IMG/VR virus record: IMGVR_UViG_3300020027_000007
Span: 1 to 62,149 of that record
Source of the DNA: a virus
Taxonomy: Duplodnaviria > Caudoviricetes
DNA: 62,149 nt
Direction: 5' to 3' (one strand)
Positions 8,710 through 18,458 of the stretch are shown here, piece after piece. Position 1 is the first letter of the stretch; every line of letters starts with the position of its first letter. The notes beneath the pieces were generated by a model. The model searched no databases. It was not told the DNA's origin and worked only from the letters and a program-made list of their open reading frames with translations. The translations under genes and the position numbers were made by a program.

Positions 8710-11579
8710 CGGCAGCAGCGGAGAGCTCGGGGTGGCGCAAAACCTTCGAGATGTTCCTGACTGGAGAGATGGGGGACAACCAGGAGCAGCGAGGGTACTG
8801 CCCAGTCCATGAGGATCCGCAGCTGAGCAAGACTCCATCAGCTTCGTACAACTTTGCCAAGGGCACCTTTTATTGCTTCGGAGGCTGCGGAGGTATGTCG
8901 TTCAGTAGGTTGCTGAACGCATGTCGTGAGGAGTGGCCAGAAGAGTTTCCGCGCAAGGACTCCGCCCCGGCCCCGGCCACCCGCAGTGTCCGTTCCATCT
9001 CCGACGCACCTTCGAAGCGTGGTGAAGGAGGGGTACCGCTGCCGAGCGACGAAGACGTGCGTGCATGGGTGGAGACCCTCCAGAAGATGCCCACAATGCT
9101 GGGTGTCATGAACAACAAACGAGGGTTGTCAACGGCAACCATCGAGAAGTTTGAAATTGGCTGGCACAAGGACCGCTTCACCATCCCGGTGCGGGACGCT
9201 GACGGTGTGCTTCAGAACGTGCGCCGGTACAAGCACAACGCCACCAAGGCTGCCGACAAGATGTTGAACTTGCAGGGTCATGGCGAGGCCCGCTTGTTCC
9301 TACCGTGGATGCTGAGCGAACCTGAAGTCGTCATTACCGAAGGTGAGCTCGACGCCATTATTGGTCAACACCACGGCCTCCCCACGATGAGTCACACTGC
9401 TGGTGCCAGCGTGTGGAAGCCTGCCTGGAATCCCTTGTTTCAAGACAAGGTCGTGTTCCTTTGCTACGACGTTGACGATGCCGGTACCAACGGTGCGTTG
9501 AAGGTGGCGGCAGGCGTCAGTCGTTATGCTAAGGCTGTCTACATCATCAAGCTTCCCCTTACGGTTAAGGGGTCTGACCTGACCAACTACTTCGTTGACC
9601 AGGGCTATATCGCAGAGGACTTCTACGCCTTGATGGACGAGGCGAGGATGTCTCCATATGGCAGCAAGGCAAAGAAAGACAAGCTGGATATCCAGCCCAA
9701 GAGGGTGACGTTGGAACATAGCTTGTCGGCAGAGCACAAGGGTGACCCGCTCGAGATTGTTACCACCGTGGCAGGGAAGATGCAGCCCCCTTACCTGCTG
9801 CCCCAGAAGGTGCGATACCTCTGCGACCAAAGCTTGAGCCAGGCGCAGTGTAGCAAGTGCCCGATGTCTAGCCTCGGGGGAGACATGGCGGAGCGCATTG
9901 CCAAAGACGATCCGTTCCTTTTGGAACTAATCGACAGCAGCAAGAGCGCTTCGGATGCCAGCTTGAAAGAACGCGTCAACATTACCAGTCGTTGCAAAGT
10001 GGTAGAGATAGAGATTGAAAAGGAATGGAACGTTGAAGAGCTCATTGTCCTTCCGTCAGTGGACAATCGTGATGAGCAAACGCAGACGCCAATTACGCGC
10101 CGGGTCTACAACGTTGGTGAGTTCGCTACTCCGGTCAACACCACCAGCAGGCTCGTTGGGTTCAATACCAGCGACCCGAGAAACAAACGAGCCGTCTTCC
10201 AGAGCTGGGAATGCGAGCAAACAAAAACCAACATCGACGTCTTTGAACTGACACCGGAACTGCGTAAGGCTCTCAAGGTTTTCCAGCCTGCCAAGGGTCA
10301 GCCGGTACTGAAGAAGATGGGTGACATTGCTCGCGACTTAGAGGCCAACATCACCAAGATTTACGGGCGTGTGCCACTGCACGTCGCGTACGACACGGTG
10401 TGGCATAGCGTCATGGATTTCAAGTTCAAAGGCGTTGTGTTGGGCAAGGGATGGCTTGAGCTGCTGGTGCTGGGCGACACCCGTACCGGCAAGAGCGAGG
10501 CGGCCCTACGGCTCTCAGACCATTACAACGCAGGGGTGTTGAAGAGCTGCGAGGGGGCAACGTTCGCTGGTCTAGTGGGCGGTGCAGAGTCCGTTGGTGG
10601 CAAGTCCTGGATGGTGAAGTGGGGCACCATTCCCCTCAACGACCGCAGGTTGGTCGTGCTTGATGAGGTGTCGGGTATTGCTGACAAGAACATCATGGAG
10701 CAGATGAGCTCAGTTCGCTCTAGTGGTCGTGCGCAAATCACCAAAATTGTCAGCCAGGAAACCAGCGCACGAACACGTCTCATATGGATTGGCAACCCAG
10801 TGGACGGCACCACCCTCCGACACATGAACGGGGCTATCGAGGGCATCCAGAAGCTGGTGAAGAACCCAGAGGACATTGCCCGCTTTGATATGGCAATGGC
10901 AGTGGCTAGCGATGAGGTTGACAGCGGCATCATCAACGCTACCAATCCACCTCACGTGGAGCACGTGTACACGAGCGAGCTGTGTAGTGCCCTTGTTTCG
11001 TGGGCTTGGAGTCGCAAGGTAGACCAGGTCACATGGAAGGACGGCACCGAGGACTACATCCTGCGGGCGGCCGAGGAACTGGGGGAGCGGTACGTTGCTG
11101 AGCCGCCCCTCATTCAGGTTGAAAATGCACGTGTGAAGTTGGCACGCATTGCTGTGGCCATTGCCGCTCGTGTGTTCAGCTGCGACAAGACCGGCAACCT
11201 AGTTGTCGTGGGCAACGAGCACGTTGACGCAGCCGTGCAGTTGCTGGACTCGTTGTACGGAACTGAGAGCTTTGGTTACCAGCAGCACAGCGTTCGCACC
11301 ATCAGGAACAGAGAGCGTGCCGAGGACAGCAAGCGGCAAGCGCGCATGTACTTGATGGGCGAGGAGAACGTGCTGTACACCCTGCTGCAATCTCGTGGAG
11401 ACATGTTCAAGCCAAGGGACTTCGAGGAATCTGGCAGCATGCACAAGGAGCAGGCGCAAGAGGCTGTTCGTCAACTGGGCCAGTGGAAAATGATCCGAAG
11501 AAGGAACAAGGGTTACTTGAGCATGGAGCCCGCCCTCATTGACATCCTGAGTGAACTGGAAGACAAATTCGAAGAATAG
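8706..11579 (+). CDS. DNA primase-helicase: Zn finger + Toprim primase + MCM-like AAA+ helicase
   Basis: CPVHED...YCFGGC (CHC2), ITEGELDA and YDVDDAG (Toprim), LLVLGDTRTGKS, LVVLDE, IARFD (MCM-type Walker A/B and Arg finger). Confidence 0.88.
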   Translation: MTAAAESSGWRKTFEMFLTGEMGDNQEQRGYCPVHEDPQLSKTPSASYNFAKGTFYCFGGCGGMSFSRLLNACREEWPEEFPRKDSAPAPATRSVRSISDAPSKRGEGGVPLPSDEDVRAWVETLQKMPTMLGVMNNKRGLSTATIEKFEIGWHKDRFTIPVRDADGVLQNVRRYKHNATKAADKMLNLQGHGEARLFLPWMLSEPEVVITEGELDAIIGQHHGLPTMSHTAGASVWKPAWNPLFQDKVVFLCYDVDDAGTNGALKVAAGVSRYAKAVYIIKLPLTVKGSDLTNYFVDQGYIAEDFYALMDEARMSPYGSKAKKDKLDIQPKRVTLEHSLSAEHKGDPLEIVTTVAGKMQPPYLLPQKVRYLCDQSLSQAQCSKCPMSSLGGDMAERIAKDDPFLLELIDSSKSASDASLKERVNITSRCKVVEIEIEKEWNVEELIVLPSVDNRDEQTQTPITRRVYNVGEFATPVNTTSRLVGFNTSDPRNKRAVFQSWECEQTKTNIDVFELTPELRKALKVFQPAKGQPVLKKMGDIARDLEANITKIYGRVPLHVAYDTVWHSVMDFKFKGVVLGKGWLELLVLGDTRTGKSEAALRLSDHYNAGVLKSCEGATFAGLVGGAESVGGKSWMVKWGTIPLNDRRLVVLDEVSGIADKNIMEQMSSVRSSGRAQITKIVSQETSARTRLIWIGNPVDGTTLRHMNGAIEGIQKLVKNPEDIARFDMAMAVASDEVDSGIINATNPPHVEHVYTSELCSALVSWAWSRKVDQVTWKDGTEDYILRAAEELGERYVAEPPLIQVENARVKLARIAVAIAARVFSCDKTGNLVVVGNEHVDAAVQLLDSLYGTESFGYQQHSVRTIRNRERAEDSKRQARMYLMGEENVLYTLLQSRGDMFKPRDFEESGSMHKEQAQEAVRQLGQWKMIRRRNKGYLSMEPALIDILSELEDKFEE

Positions 11580-11621
11580 CGGCACCGGCAACCACTAGGC
11601 TTAACACACAAGGAGGGCACA

Positions 11622-11789
11622 ATGAAAAAGCTCGTAAAGGTACTGCGAGATTTAGTTGAGGAACTGGGCAACATTCACGGTATCTTAAACGACATCCGAA
11701 TTAGCGTTTCCTCGATGGCTGAAGACATTCAGGAGATGAAAAATTCCACCAACGCCATGGTTGATGTTTACCTGAAGGAGAACTTGTGA
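11622..11789 (+). CDS. Small coiled-coil protein (55 aa, not in ORF track)
   Basis: AAGGAGGG RBS; MKKLVKVLRDLVEELGNIHG...; GTGA overlap with the next gene. Confidence 0.65.
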   Translation: MKKLVKVLRDLVEELGNIHGILNDIRISVSSMAEDIQEMKNSTNAMVDVYLKENL

Positions 11790-12589
11790 GAGTCCTTGTT
11801 CTGGGTTGCGGTCCGGCGGGTCTGATGGCCTGTCACGCAGCCGCACTGACCGGGCACGATGTCGTTGTCGTTAGCAAACGTCGCAAGTCTGAGATGTACG
11901 GGGCGCAGTACTTGCACGCTGCTATCCCCGAGGTCGACTGCGGCAAGCCACGGCTCATTGAGTACAAGCTTGACGGTACCGTTGACGGCTACCGTGCCAA
12001 GGTGTACGGGCCGGAAAGCCGTCGTGCCGTCAGCCCCGAGAGCTTGGAGGCCAACCACCAAGGCTGGAACATCCGCCGGGCTTACGACGACCTCTGGGAC
12101 ATGTACGGACAGTACGTTGTCGACATGGAGTTCAAGGCACCGGCGGACCTTCACCAGTTCCTGCACAACGGTGGCTACGGGCAAGAGTTGGTCATCTCCA
12201 GCCTCCCAGCTCCGTTGCTCTGCGCAACGGATCACTCGTTCATGGGCGAGGATATCTGGGCCATTGGCGACGCGCCGGAACGGGGTGTGTTCAACCCCAT
12301 TGCCGTGCCCGCTGAAACCGTTGTGTGCAACGGAGACCCCAACGTCAGTTGGTACCGCACGGCCAACGTGTTCGGCCGTTCTACGACCGAATGGCCTGGG
12401 AGGCGCAAGCCCCCAATAGAAGGGGTGGCCCGTGTGACCAAGCCGCTGAGCACCGATTGCGATTGTTGGCCCCTCATCCGTCGAGTCGGGCGGTACGGCC
12501 AATGGCAGAAGGGTGTGTTGAGCCACACGGCTTACCAGGAGACGGCTGAGTATCTCGGCGGTCAAGGCATTCAGGAGGCGTTGTTCTGA
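11786..12589 (+). CDS. FAD-dependent oxidoreductase (possibly UDP-galactopyranose-mutase-like)
   Basis: N-terminal VLGCGPAGL dinucleotide-binding motif, GAQYLH, C-terminal VGRYGQW reminiscent of the UGM GR motif. Confidence 0.75.
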   Translation: MRVLVLGCGPAGLMACHAAALTGHDVVVVSKRRKSEMYGAQYLHAAIPEVDCGKPRLIEYKLDGTVDGYRAKVYGPESRRAVSPESLEANHQGWNIRRAYDDLWDMYGQYVVDMEFKAPADLHQFLHNGGYGQELVISSLPAPLLCATDHSFMGEDIWAIGDAPERGVFNPIAVPAETVVCNGDPNVSWYRTANVFGRSTTEWPGRRKPPIEGVARVTKPLSTDCDCWPLIRRVGRYGQWQKGVLSHTAYQETAEYLGGQGIQEALF

Positions 12590-13473
12590 TGGGGGCTTCG
12601 GCTGGCTACATTGGCGAGATCATCCGCCGTCGTCTCATTCAACAGACCAAGGACTGCGAGAGCCCTGTCGGCATCGCTCTTAGCGGTGGGGTTGATTCTT
12701 GCAGCATCCTCGCGGCGATGTGCTTCAACGGGGTCCGACCGGTTGTGTTCTCGTACACCCCAGACAGCCACGAATCAACGGACTTCAAAATGGCCCGAGA
12801 GTGTGCCGGAGACCTTGGCCTGGAGTTCGTGCCGGTCTATTTTCCCATGAGCACCGCACAGCTTGAAGCCGGTGCCCGGGAGGTCGTCTCTTACGGCTAC
12901 AAGACCAAGTTGGAAGTCGAATGCCTTGTGCCGATGATGCACGTGCTAAGGGTGGCAGCTCGGGTCGGCGTGCACTGCCTCTACACTGGGGATCAAGCCG
13001 ACGGGTTCTTCATCAACAATAACTGGATGGCACGCAACTTCGACCGTGCACAAGGCATTCCCGGCCCTTTGCGTAGAGCCGTCAGCAAGGATGATGACCC
13101 GTGGCGTATTGACAAACTACGGGACATCTACTGGAATGAGGACCGTAGCTGCTCCGGTGCCCTTCAGTTCTTGGGCGGCACGGTCGGCGTGTCCGTTCAG
13201 GTGCCGTACCGAGACGAGGCCATTCGAGAAGCGTTCAAGGGCAGCCTCTGGACGGACATCAATGAGCCCCGCATCAAGGAGCCCATCCGCCTTGCGTTCA
13301 AGGACATTTTGAACGTGCGCATCCCGACGCGCCCGCTGCCTGTCAACCTACACAAGGGCGACAGCTTGTTCGCCGAAACGATGGGTCGCAAACTCATGGG
13401 TGCCGAGCATCTTCGGGGGCCATGGGCAACTACTACTGGCCTCTATTCCGCTATGGCCCGAGGCAGCATCTGA
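12589..13473 (+). CDS. Asparagine-synthetase-like ATP-dependent amide ligase (synthetase domain only)
   Basis: PP-loop ALSGGVDS; TGDQAD resembles AsnB SGEGAD; VQVPYRD resembles RVPFLD; no N-terminal Cys glutaminase domain. Confidence 0.75.
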   Translation: MGASAGYIGEIIRRRLIQQTKDCESPVGIALSGGVDSCSILAAMCFNGVRPVVFSYTPDSHESTDFKMARECAGDLGLEFVPVYFPMSTAQLEAGAREVVSYGYKTKLEVECLVPMMHVLRVAARVGVHCLYTGDQADGFFINNNWMARNFDRAQGIPGPLRRAVSKDDDPWRIDKLRDIYWNEDRSCSGALQFLGGTVGVSVQVPYRDEAIREAFKGSLWTDINEPRIKEPIRLAFKDILNVRIPTRPLPVNLHKGDSLFAETMGRKLMGAEHLRGPWATTTGLYSAMARGSI

Positions 13474-14129
13474 TGGGCTGGCTGCAAGAGGACAGCCCGA
13501 TTGTTGCCCTTGACTACGACGGCACCCTCGGTGTCTATCACTACCACTTCACGAACTTCGCCAGTGAGTGGGTTGGTCGTGCATTGCCCGGTGGGTACGA
13601 CGGCGGCAAGCCGTTCTATCAACACCTCGGCCTCAGCAAAGAGACGTACCGCAAGTGCAAGCTCGCCTACCGGCGCGGCGGCCTCAAGCGCAGCATGCCT
13701 GCGTACGGCGGAGCTGCGGAACTGACTCGGATAGTTCGGTTGCGCAAGGCAAGGGTCATCATCTGCACGACGCGTCCGTTCCTCAGCCTCGAGGACATCG
13801 AGGGAGACACGGTGCACAATGCCAGGCGGCATGGCATCCAGTTCGACTACATGATTAGCGGCGAGAAGAAGTACCACGAGCTGAAGAAGCTGGTGGACCC
13901 AGAGCGCATCGTGATGGTGCTGGAAGACCAGGACGACATGCTTGCCCAGGCCACCCGCCTCTCCCTCCCCGCAGTGCGCATCCTGCGAGCACACAACGAC
14001 GCTTCCATTCTAGAAGTGGAACACGAAGTAGACAGCCTCCAGGCCGCTACTGAGCTAGCCTTGCAACGTATGGCCATTCGGCGCAGTGAACGATATCTAG
14101 CTAGTGAACGCGAGAGGAAACGCGCATGA
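13473..14129 (+). CDS. HAD-superfamily phosphatase (deoxyribonucleotidase-like)
   Basis: VALDYDGTL motif I, ICTTRP motif II, VLEDQ motif IV. Confidence 0.8.
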   Translation: MGWLQEDSPIVALDYDGTLGVYHYHFTNFASEWVGRALPGGYDGGKPFYQHLGLSKETYRKCKLAYRRGGLKRSMPAYGGAAELTRIVRLRKARVIICTTRPFLSLEDIEGDTVHNARRHGIQFDYMISGEKKYHELKKLVDPERIVMVLEDQDDMLAQATRLSLPAVRILRAHNDASILEVEHEVDSLQAATELALQRMAIRRSERYLASERERKRA

Positions 14130-14536
14130 TCGGATACGAGGAGAAGCCAGTCGGCAAGCAGGGCCGCGAGGTTGAGGTGTTGTTCGACCCCAACATCACC
14201 CGGCCGGTGCTCGTGCTGTACATGCCTGCTGCAACAGAGGGCACGGTTCAGACCGATGGTATGTGGTCCATCGTTGCCTTCTACAACCAGTGCGTCAATC
14301 TCGTGTACACCAAGAACATCACGTACCGAGACGCCTGGCGTAGGCAGGGGTACATGGGAAACACGGCTCGCATTATGAGCAAGGTGGAGCGGCTCAAGGC
14401 CATGTTGTGGCAGGACCACCAGCTCGAAGACGCCAACGAGCCGGTATCAGACACGTTGCTTGACCTCGCCAACGTGACCGCGTTCGCTGCCATCAACCAA
14501 AGCGAGGGCAACAAGTGGGGAGTGCGGCACCCATGA
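14126..14536 (+). CDS. Nucleotide-modification-associated domain 1 (Nmad1/DUF1599, MazG-like fold)
   Basis: KNITYRDAW...RIMSKVERLK...EPVSDTLLDLANVT pattern. Confidence 0.75.
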   Translation: MIGYEEKPVGKQGREVEVLFDPNITRPVLVLYMPAATEGTVQTDGMWSIVAFYNQCVNLVYTKNITYRDAWRRQGYMGNTARIMSKVERLKAMLWQDHQLEDANEPVSDTLLDLANVTAFAAINQSEGNKWGVRHP

Positions 14537-14727
14537 TTGAAATCAAGGGTCTTCGAGAGGTGTGTGCACACGACATGTGTGCCTCCAAGGCGTGTGGCGA
14601 AATGATTGGCTGCATTGCAGCGATGGCCTGGAAGGATGAGAAGACCGGTCAGGTCTACGTCATGCACGTCATGTGTGCTCCGCCCAAGCTGCGCAAGGCT
14701 TACCACGAGGCTGGGCGCAATGGCTGA
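14533..14727 (+). CDS. Small Cys/His-rich hypothetical protein
   Basis: ATGA coupling; CAHDMC..KAC...HVMC. Confidence 0.6.
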   Translation: MIEIKGLREVCAHDMCASKACGEMIGCIAAMAWKDEKTGQVYVMHVMCAPPKLRKAYHEAGRNG

Positions 14728-14983
14728 CTTCGGCTGGGAAGACATGCCTGACAGCCTGGCGGAATTGCTGTACGAGTTCCACGAGGGGTCGCATGCCTTG
14801 ACGAGGTTGGTTGCGTACCTGCCGAAGTTCAACGACTGGGTTGAGGAGAACGTTGCCAAGTGCAACTCTGAAGCCTTCTATGCACACGACGCCTCAGCCG
14901 GTAAGTGTGGCGAGCTGCCGGTGCCGGGTTCAGAGTTTTGTCCGGTGCACATGCCTGCCGAGGAGTTGGGCGACAATGGCTGA
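14720..14983 (+). CDS. Hypothetical protein with C-terminal Zn-binding motif
   Basis: C...KCGE...FCPVH; overlapping start and stop. Confidence 0.6.
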   Translation: MADFGWEDMPDSLAELLYEFHEGSHALTRLVAYLPKFNDWVEENVAKCNSEAFYAHDASAGKCGELPVPGSEFCPVHMPAEELGDNG

Positions 14984-15257
14984 CGTTCGGGTCAACGTGT
15001 ACGAAGATGGCATTGTGGCCGTTGAGTTTGACCACGCATGCATCGTTCGGGACAAGCGTCGTATGTTGAACGACGAGGAGTTCTGGGATGACGTGTTCGG
15101 GATGCCTGACCCCTTCGCCGTAGAGGAACCGGACATGGACTGCATTGGCATCGACAGCCCTACGCCGTGCCCGGAATGCGGAGCTACCGGTGCTTGTGGC
15201 AACGACAGTGAAGGCCGCCCCATGATTCATGTAGTACAGGAGGATGATGAAGGCTAA
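14976..15257 (+). CDS. Acidic hypothetical protein with CPECG motif
   Basis: AGGAG RBS; PCPECGATGACGNDSEGRPMIH. Confidence 0.65.
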   Translation: MADVRVNVYEDGIVAVEFDHACIVRDKRRMLNDEEFWDDVFGMPDPFAVEEPDMDCIGIDSPTPCPECGATGACGNDSEGRPMIHVVQEDDEG

Positions 15258-18200
15258 GACAGTCAGCCAGTTCCACTCGCTGCACCATCACTCGACGTAC
15301 TCGTACATGGACGGGTACGGCACCCCCGAGCAGCACGCGAAGGCAGCGGCTGACTTGGGGATGCCTTCGATGGCCTGGACAGAGCACGGTAACGTCAGCA
15401 GCCATGTAAAGGGCGAGCGAGCAGCCCTTGCCCTAGGCATCAAACCCATCTTTGGGTGCGAGCTGTACACCGGCCCGGTGGGTGAAGATGCCAGCCGGTA
15501 CAAGTGGCATCTCACGGTGCTAGCCATGAACGAAACGGGGCTCCGCAACCTTTACGCTATGGTTTCGAAGGGATGGAAGGACGGCTTCTACTATGAGCCT
15601 ACGGTTAGTGGTGAAATGCTTGCGGACTACTCGGAGGGGCTTATTGTCCTTTCAGGTTGCTCCGGCTCGAAAATGGCATGTGACCTTGTCGGTGGCAAAG
15701 GAGTTGAACCCCACGAGGTTGACTATGGGGCTGCTCTGGAGACTGCCCTCAGGTTCCGGGAGCTTTTTGGAGATCGTTTCTATCTCGAAGCGCAAGCCTT
15801 TCCCGAGCTTGAACGTACGCGGAATATCAACAAGGCTTGGGCGCAAATGTCGAAAGAGACAGGCATCCCGCTTGTCGTAACTGGCGACGTGCATTACCCG
15901 AAGCCGGGCGACAACGAGATGCAGGTCATGCTGCACGCCATTGACCGTGGCGGTCGCAACAACACAGTCGAGAAGCAGGCGCAGGGTTGGGGCTACGATA
16001 TCCAGCTCACATCCTTTAGCGACAAGGTGATTTGGCAGAAGTTGAAGGCCACCGGCCTCACCGGCAAGCAGGCTGAGTCGGCAGTGCGTATGACTGGAGA
16101 GATTGCCGGTCGCATCAATGTCACTTTGCCAAAGCTGCAGGAGCTGGAGTTCCCGCTGCCAGAGCACACTCCGAAGCAGGAGTTCTTCCGCACGATGGTG
16201 CGCGAGGGATGGAAGTACCGGGGCTTTGACAACCTGCCCAAGAAGCTGCGCAAGGAGTATTCGAAGCGGCTTAAGTACGAACTGAACCTCATCGAGCTCA
16301 AGAACTTTGAGGACTATTTCATGGTGGTAGCGGACCTCGTTGTTCGCGCCAAGAACAAGGGCATTGCGGTCGGCCCTGCCCGGGGCTCCGCCGCAGCCTC
16401 GTTGGTGTGCTACTGCATGCGCATTACCGAGGTCAATCCGATGCTGTTCCCCAACCTGCTGTTCGAACGGTTCATTGATATCAACCGGCACGACTTACCG
16501 GATATTGACTTGGACTTTGACGACGAGCGCCGCTGGGAAGTGCGCGCCGACCTCGTGGACATGTACGGCGAAGACCGCGTGGGCAACATCGGAACGTTCA
16601 CCAACTACAAAGGTAAGAATAGCCTTGACGATGTAGCGCGAGTCAACAACGTTCCCAAGTACGCGGTAGATGCCATCAAAGAGAAGTTGATTGAGCGCAG
16701 CTCCGGAGACCTGCGTGGCAGCAGTACCATCGAGGACACCATCGCCATGTTCCCCGACGTTGAGAAGGTGTTTCAGGAGTTCCCCGTGTTGTACGAAGCG
16801 CAACGCCTAGAGGGCAACCTCAAGGGCTTTAGCGTGCACGCAGCGGGGCTCGTGGTGGCCAACCAGACCCTTACCGACTCGGTGGCGGTGTATGCCCGGA
16901 TCGACAGTAAGACAGGGAAAGAAGGCAACGTCCTCAGCATCGACAAGCACGATGCGGAGTACATCAACGCGTTGAAAATTGACGTGTTGGGCTTGACCAC
17001 GATGGGTGTTATCAGCAACTGTCTCAAGATGATTGGCATGTCGCTGCAGGAGCTGTACGACATCCCGCTGGACCAAGAGAACGTGTTCGATGGGTTCAAA
17101 CGCAACGAAGTCGTCGGCCTGTTTCAGTTTGACGGCAGGGCAATGCGCTCGGTCAATCGTGAGGTGAAGCCGGACAACTTCGCAGAGGTGTGCGACATCA
17201 ACGCACTTGCCCGCCCTGGCCCTTTGCACTCCGGTGCCGCTGCCGAGTACATCATGGTGAAGCACGGTAAGAAGAAGGCCGTCATCTTGCACCCGGTCGT
17301 CGGGGAGATTACCGCCCACACGAACAGCCAGATCGTTTACCAGGAACAGATTCTCCAGGTCGTTCGGAGGCTTGGAAACTTCAGCTGGGAAGAGGCTGCC
17401 CAGATTCGTAAGCTCATCTCTAAGAAGCAAGGTGAGCAGGCGTTCAACCGCATGATGGGTAAGTTCGTGAAGGGGGCCATGGACAACGACATGTCCGAGG
17501 TCAATGCCATCAAGGTTTGGAAGCAGCTCGTGACCGCCGGTGCTTATGCGTTCAACGCCGCGCACTGTGTCTCGTACGGGATGCTTGCCTACTGGACCAT
17601 GTGGCTCAAGCAGAACTTCCCGCTGGAGTTCTACTGTGCGGCTCTGCAGAAGTACGACCCGAAGACCAAGGGCTTCGACTTGCTGAAAGAGGCGCTGGAC
17701 AAGGGCATTGACATCTTGCCGCCGGACCCATACAAGAGCGAGCGGTCGTGGACGTACGACAAGGAAGCCAACAGCTTGCGTGCTGGCTTTGAGCAGATCA
17801 GCGGCATCGGTGAGAAGACAGCGAACGCCATGCTGGCTTACCGCGAAGACCGGCTGCAAGAAGAGTCGGTAAGCGGAGTCGAGCCGGACGTTAGCTGGGA
17901 CGACTACCTTGCCGTCAAGGGCATCGGACCTGCCACGATGGATAAGGTCCGCGCCTTCTGCCTGGACCCCGATCCCTTCGGCGTGTACCGGCTGGGGCAG
18001 GCTCTCAAGAAGGTGCGCCGGTACATTTGGGAGTACGGCGACATGGACGGCATTCCCTTGCCTACAAGCAAGAGCGAGGACATCCCGTACGAACCCATCA
18101 AGGGCGAGCACGTATGGGTTGGCGTAGTGCGGGACCGCAACCTCAAGGACCTGTACGAGCTGCACCGCAGCCGCACGGGAGATGAACTGGACCCGGCTAC

Positions 18201-18447
18201 GGTCAAGGAGCCAGAGCACATCAACTGGTGCGTCATCGTGGGAGAAGACGAGACCGGACCACTGACTATGACCGTGCACCGCATGCGCGGTCTCTACGAG
18301 AGGTACAAGGAAAAGATTTGGAGCATTGACCCTAAGCGCGATGTCATCGTTGTCCGAGGCTACAAAGCGCAGCAGTACCGGAGGGCAATCTACGTGCAGG
18401 AATTGCATGTGCTGAACCCAGACACGCTCCCAGATTTCCAGGACTGA
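15244..18447 (+). CDS. dnaE: DNA polymerase III alpha subunit (DnaE) with PHP domain
   Basis: HHHSTYSYMDG, TEHG, GPARGSAAASL, FERF, PDIDLDF, HAAG, KIDVLGL, VYQEQ, YAFNAAH. Confidence 0.97.
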   Translation: MMKAKTVSQFHSLHHHSTYSYMDGYGTPEQHAKAAADLGMPSMAWTEHGNVSSHVKGERAALALGIKPIFGCELYTGPVGEDASRYKWHLTVLAMNETGLRNLYAMVSKGWKDGFYYEPTVSGEMLADYSEGLIVLSGCSGSKMACDLVGGKGVEPHEVDYGAALETALRFRELFGDRFYLEAQAFPELERTRNINKAWAQMSKETGIPLVVTGDVHYPKPGDNEMQVMLHAIDRGGRNNTVEKQAQGWGYDIQLTSFSDKVIWQKLKATGLTGKQAESAVRMTGEIAGRINVTLPKLQELEFPLPEHTPKQEFFRTMVREGWKYRGFDNLPKKLRKEYSKRLKYELNLIELKNFEDYFMVVADLVVRAKNKGIAVGPARGSAAASLVCYCMRITEVNPMLFPNLLFERFIDINRHDLPDIDLDFDDERRWEVRADLVDMYGEDRVGNIGTFTNYKGKNSLDDVARVNNVPKYAVDAIKEKLIERSSGDLRGSSTIEDTIAMFPDVEKVFQEFPVLYEAQRLEGNLKGFSVHAAGLVVANQTLTDSVAVYARIDSKTGKEGNVLSIDKHDAEYINALKIDVLGLTTMGVISNCLKMIGMSLQELYDIPLDQENVFDGFKRNEVVGLFQFDGRAMRSVNREVKPDNFAEVCDINALARPGPLHSGAAAEYIMVKHGKKKAVILHPVVGEITAHTNSQIVYQEQILQVVRRLGNFSWEEAAQIRKLISKKQGEQAFNRMMGKFVKGAMDNDMSEVNAIKVWKQLVTAGAYAFNAAHCVSYGMLAYWTMWLKQNFPLEFYCAALQKYDPKTKGFDLLKEALDKGIDILPPDPYKSERSWTYDKEANSLRAGFEQISGIGEKTANAMLAYREDRLQEESVSGVEPDVSWDDYLAVKGIGPATMDKVRAFCLDPDPFGVYRLGQALKKVRRYIWEYGDMDGIPLPTSKSEDIPYEPIKGEHVWVGVVRDRNLKDLYELHRSRTGDELDPATVKEPEHINWCVIVGEDETGPLTMTVHRMRGLYERYKEKIWSIDPKRDVIVVRGYKAQQYRRAIYVQELHVLNPDTLPDFQD

Positions 18448-18458
18448 AAGGCACCAAC

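Noticed and set aside
12589-13473. PP-loop protein as QueC (7-deazaguanine pathway) or a lasso-peptide cyclase
   Set aside because: Lacks the QueC C-terminal Cys zinc cluster, and no folE, queD, queE or dpdA seen; no lasso precursor or B protein nearby
15244-18447. Intein or intron in dnaE, terminase or helicases
   Set aside because: Lengths are normal, ORFs are uninterrupted and no intein splice or LAGLIDADG motifs were seen
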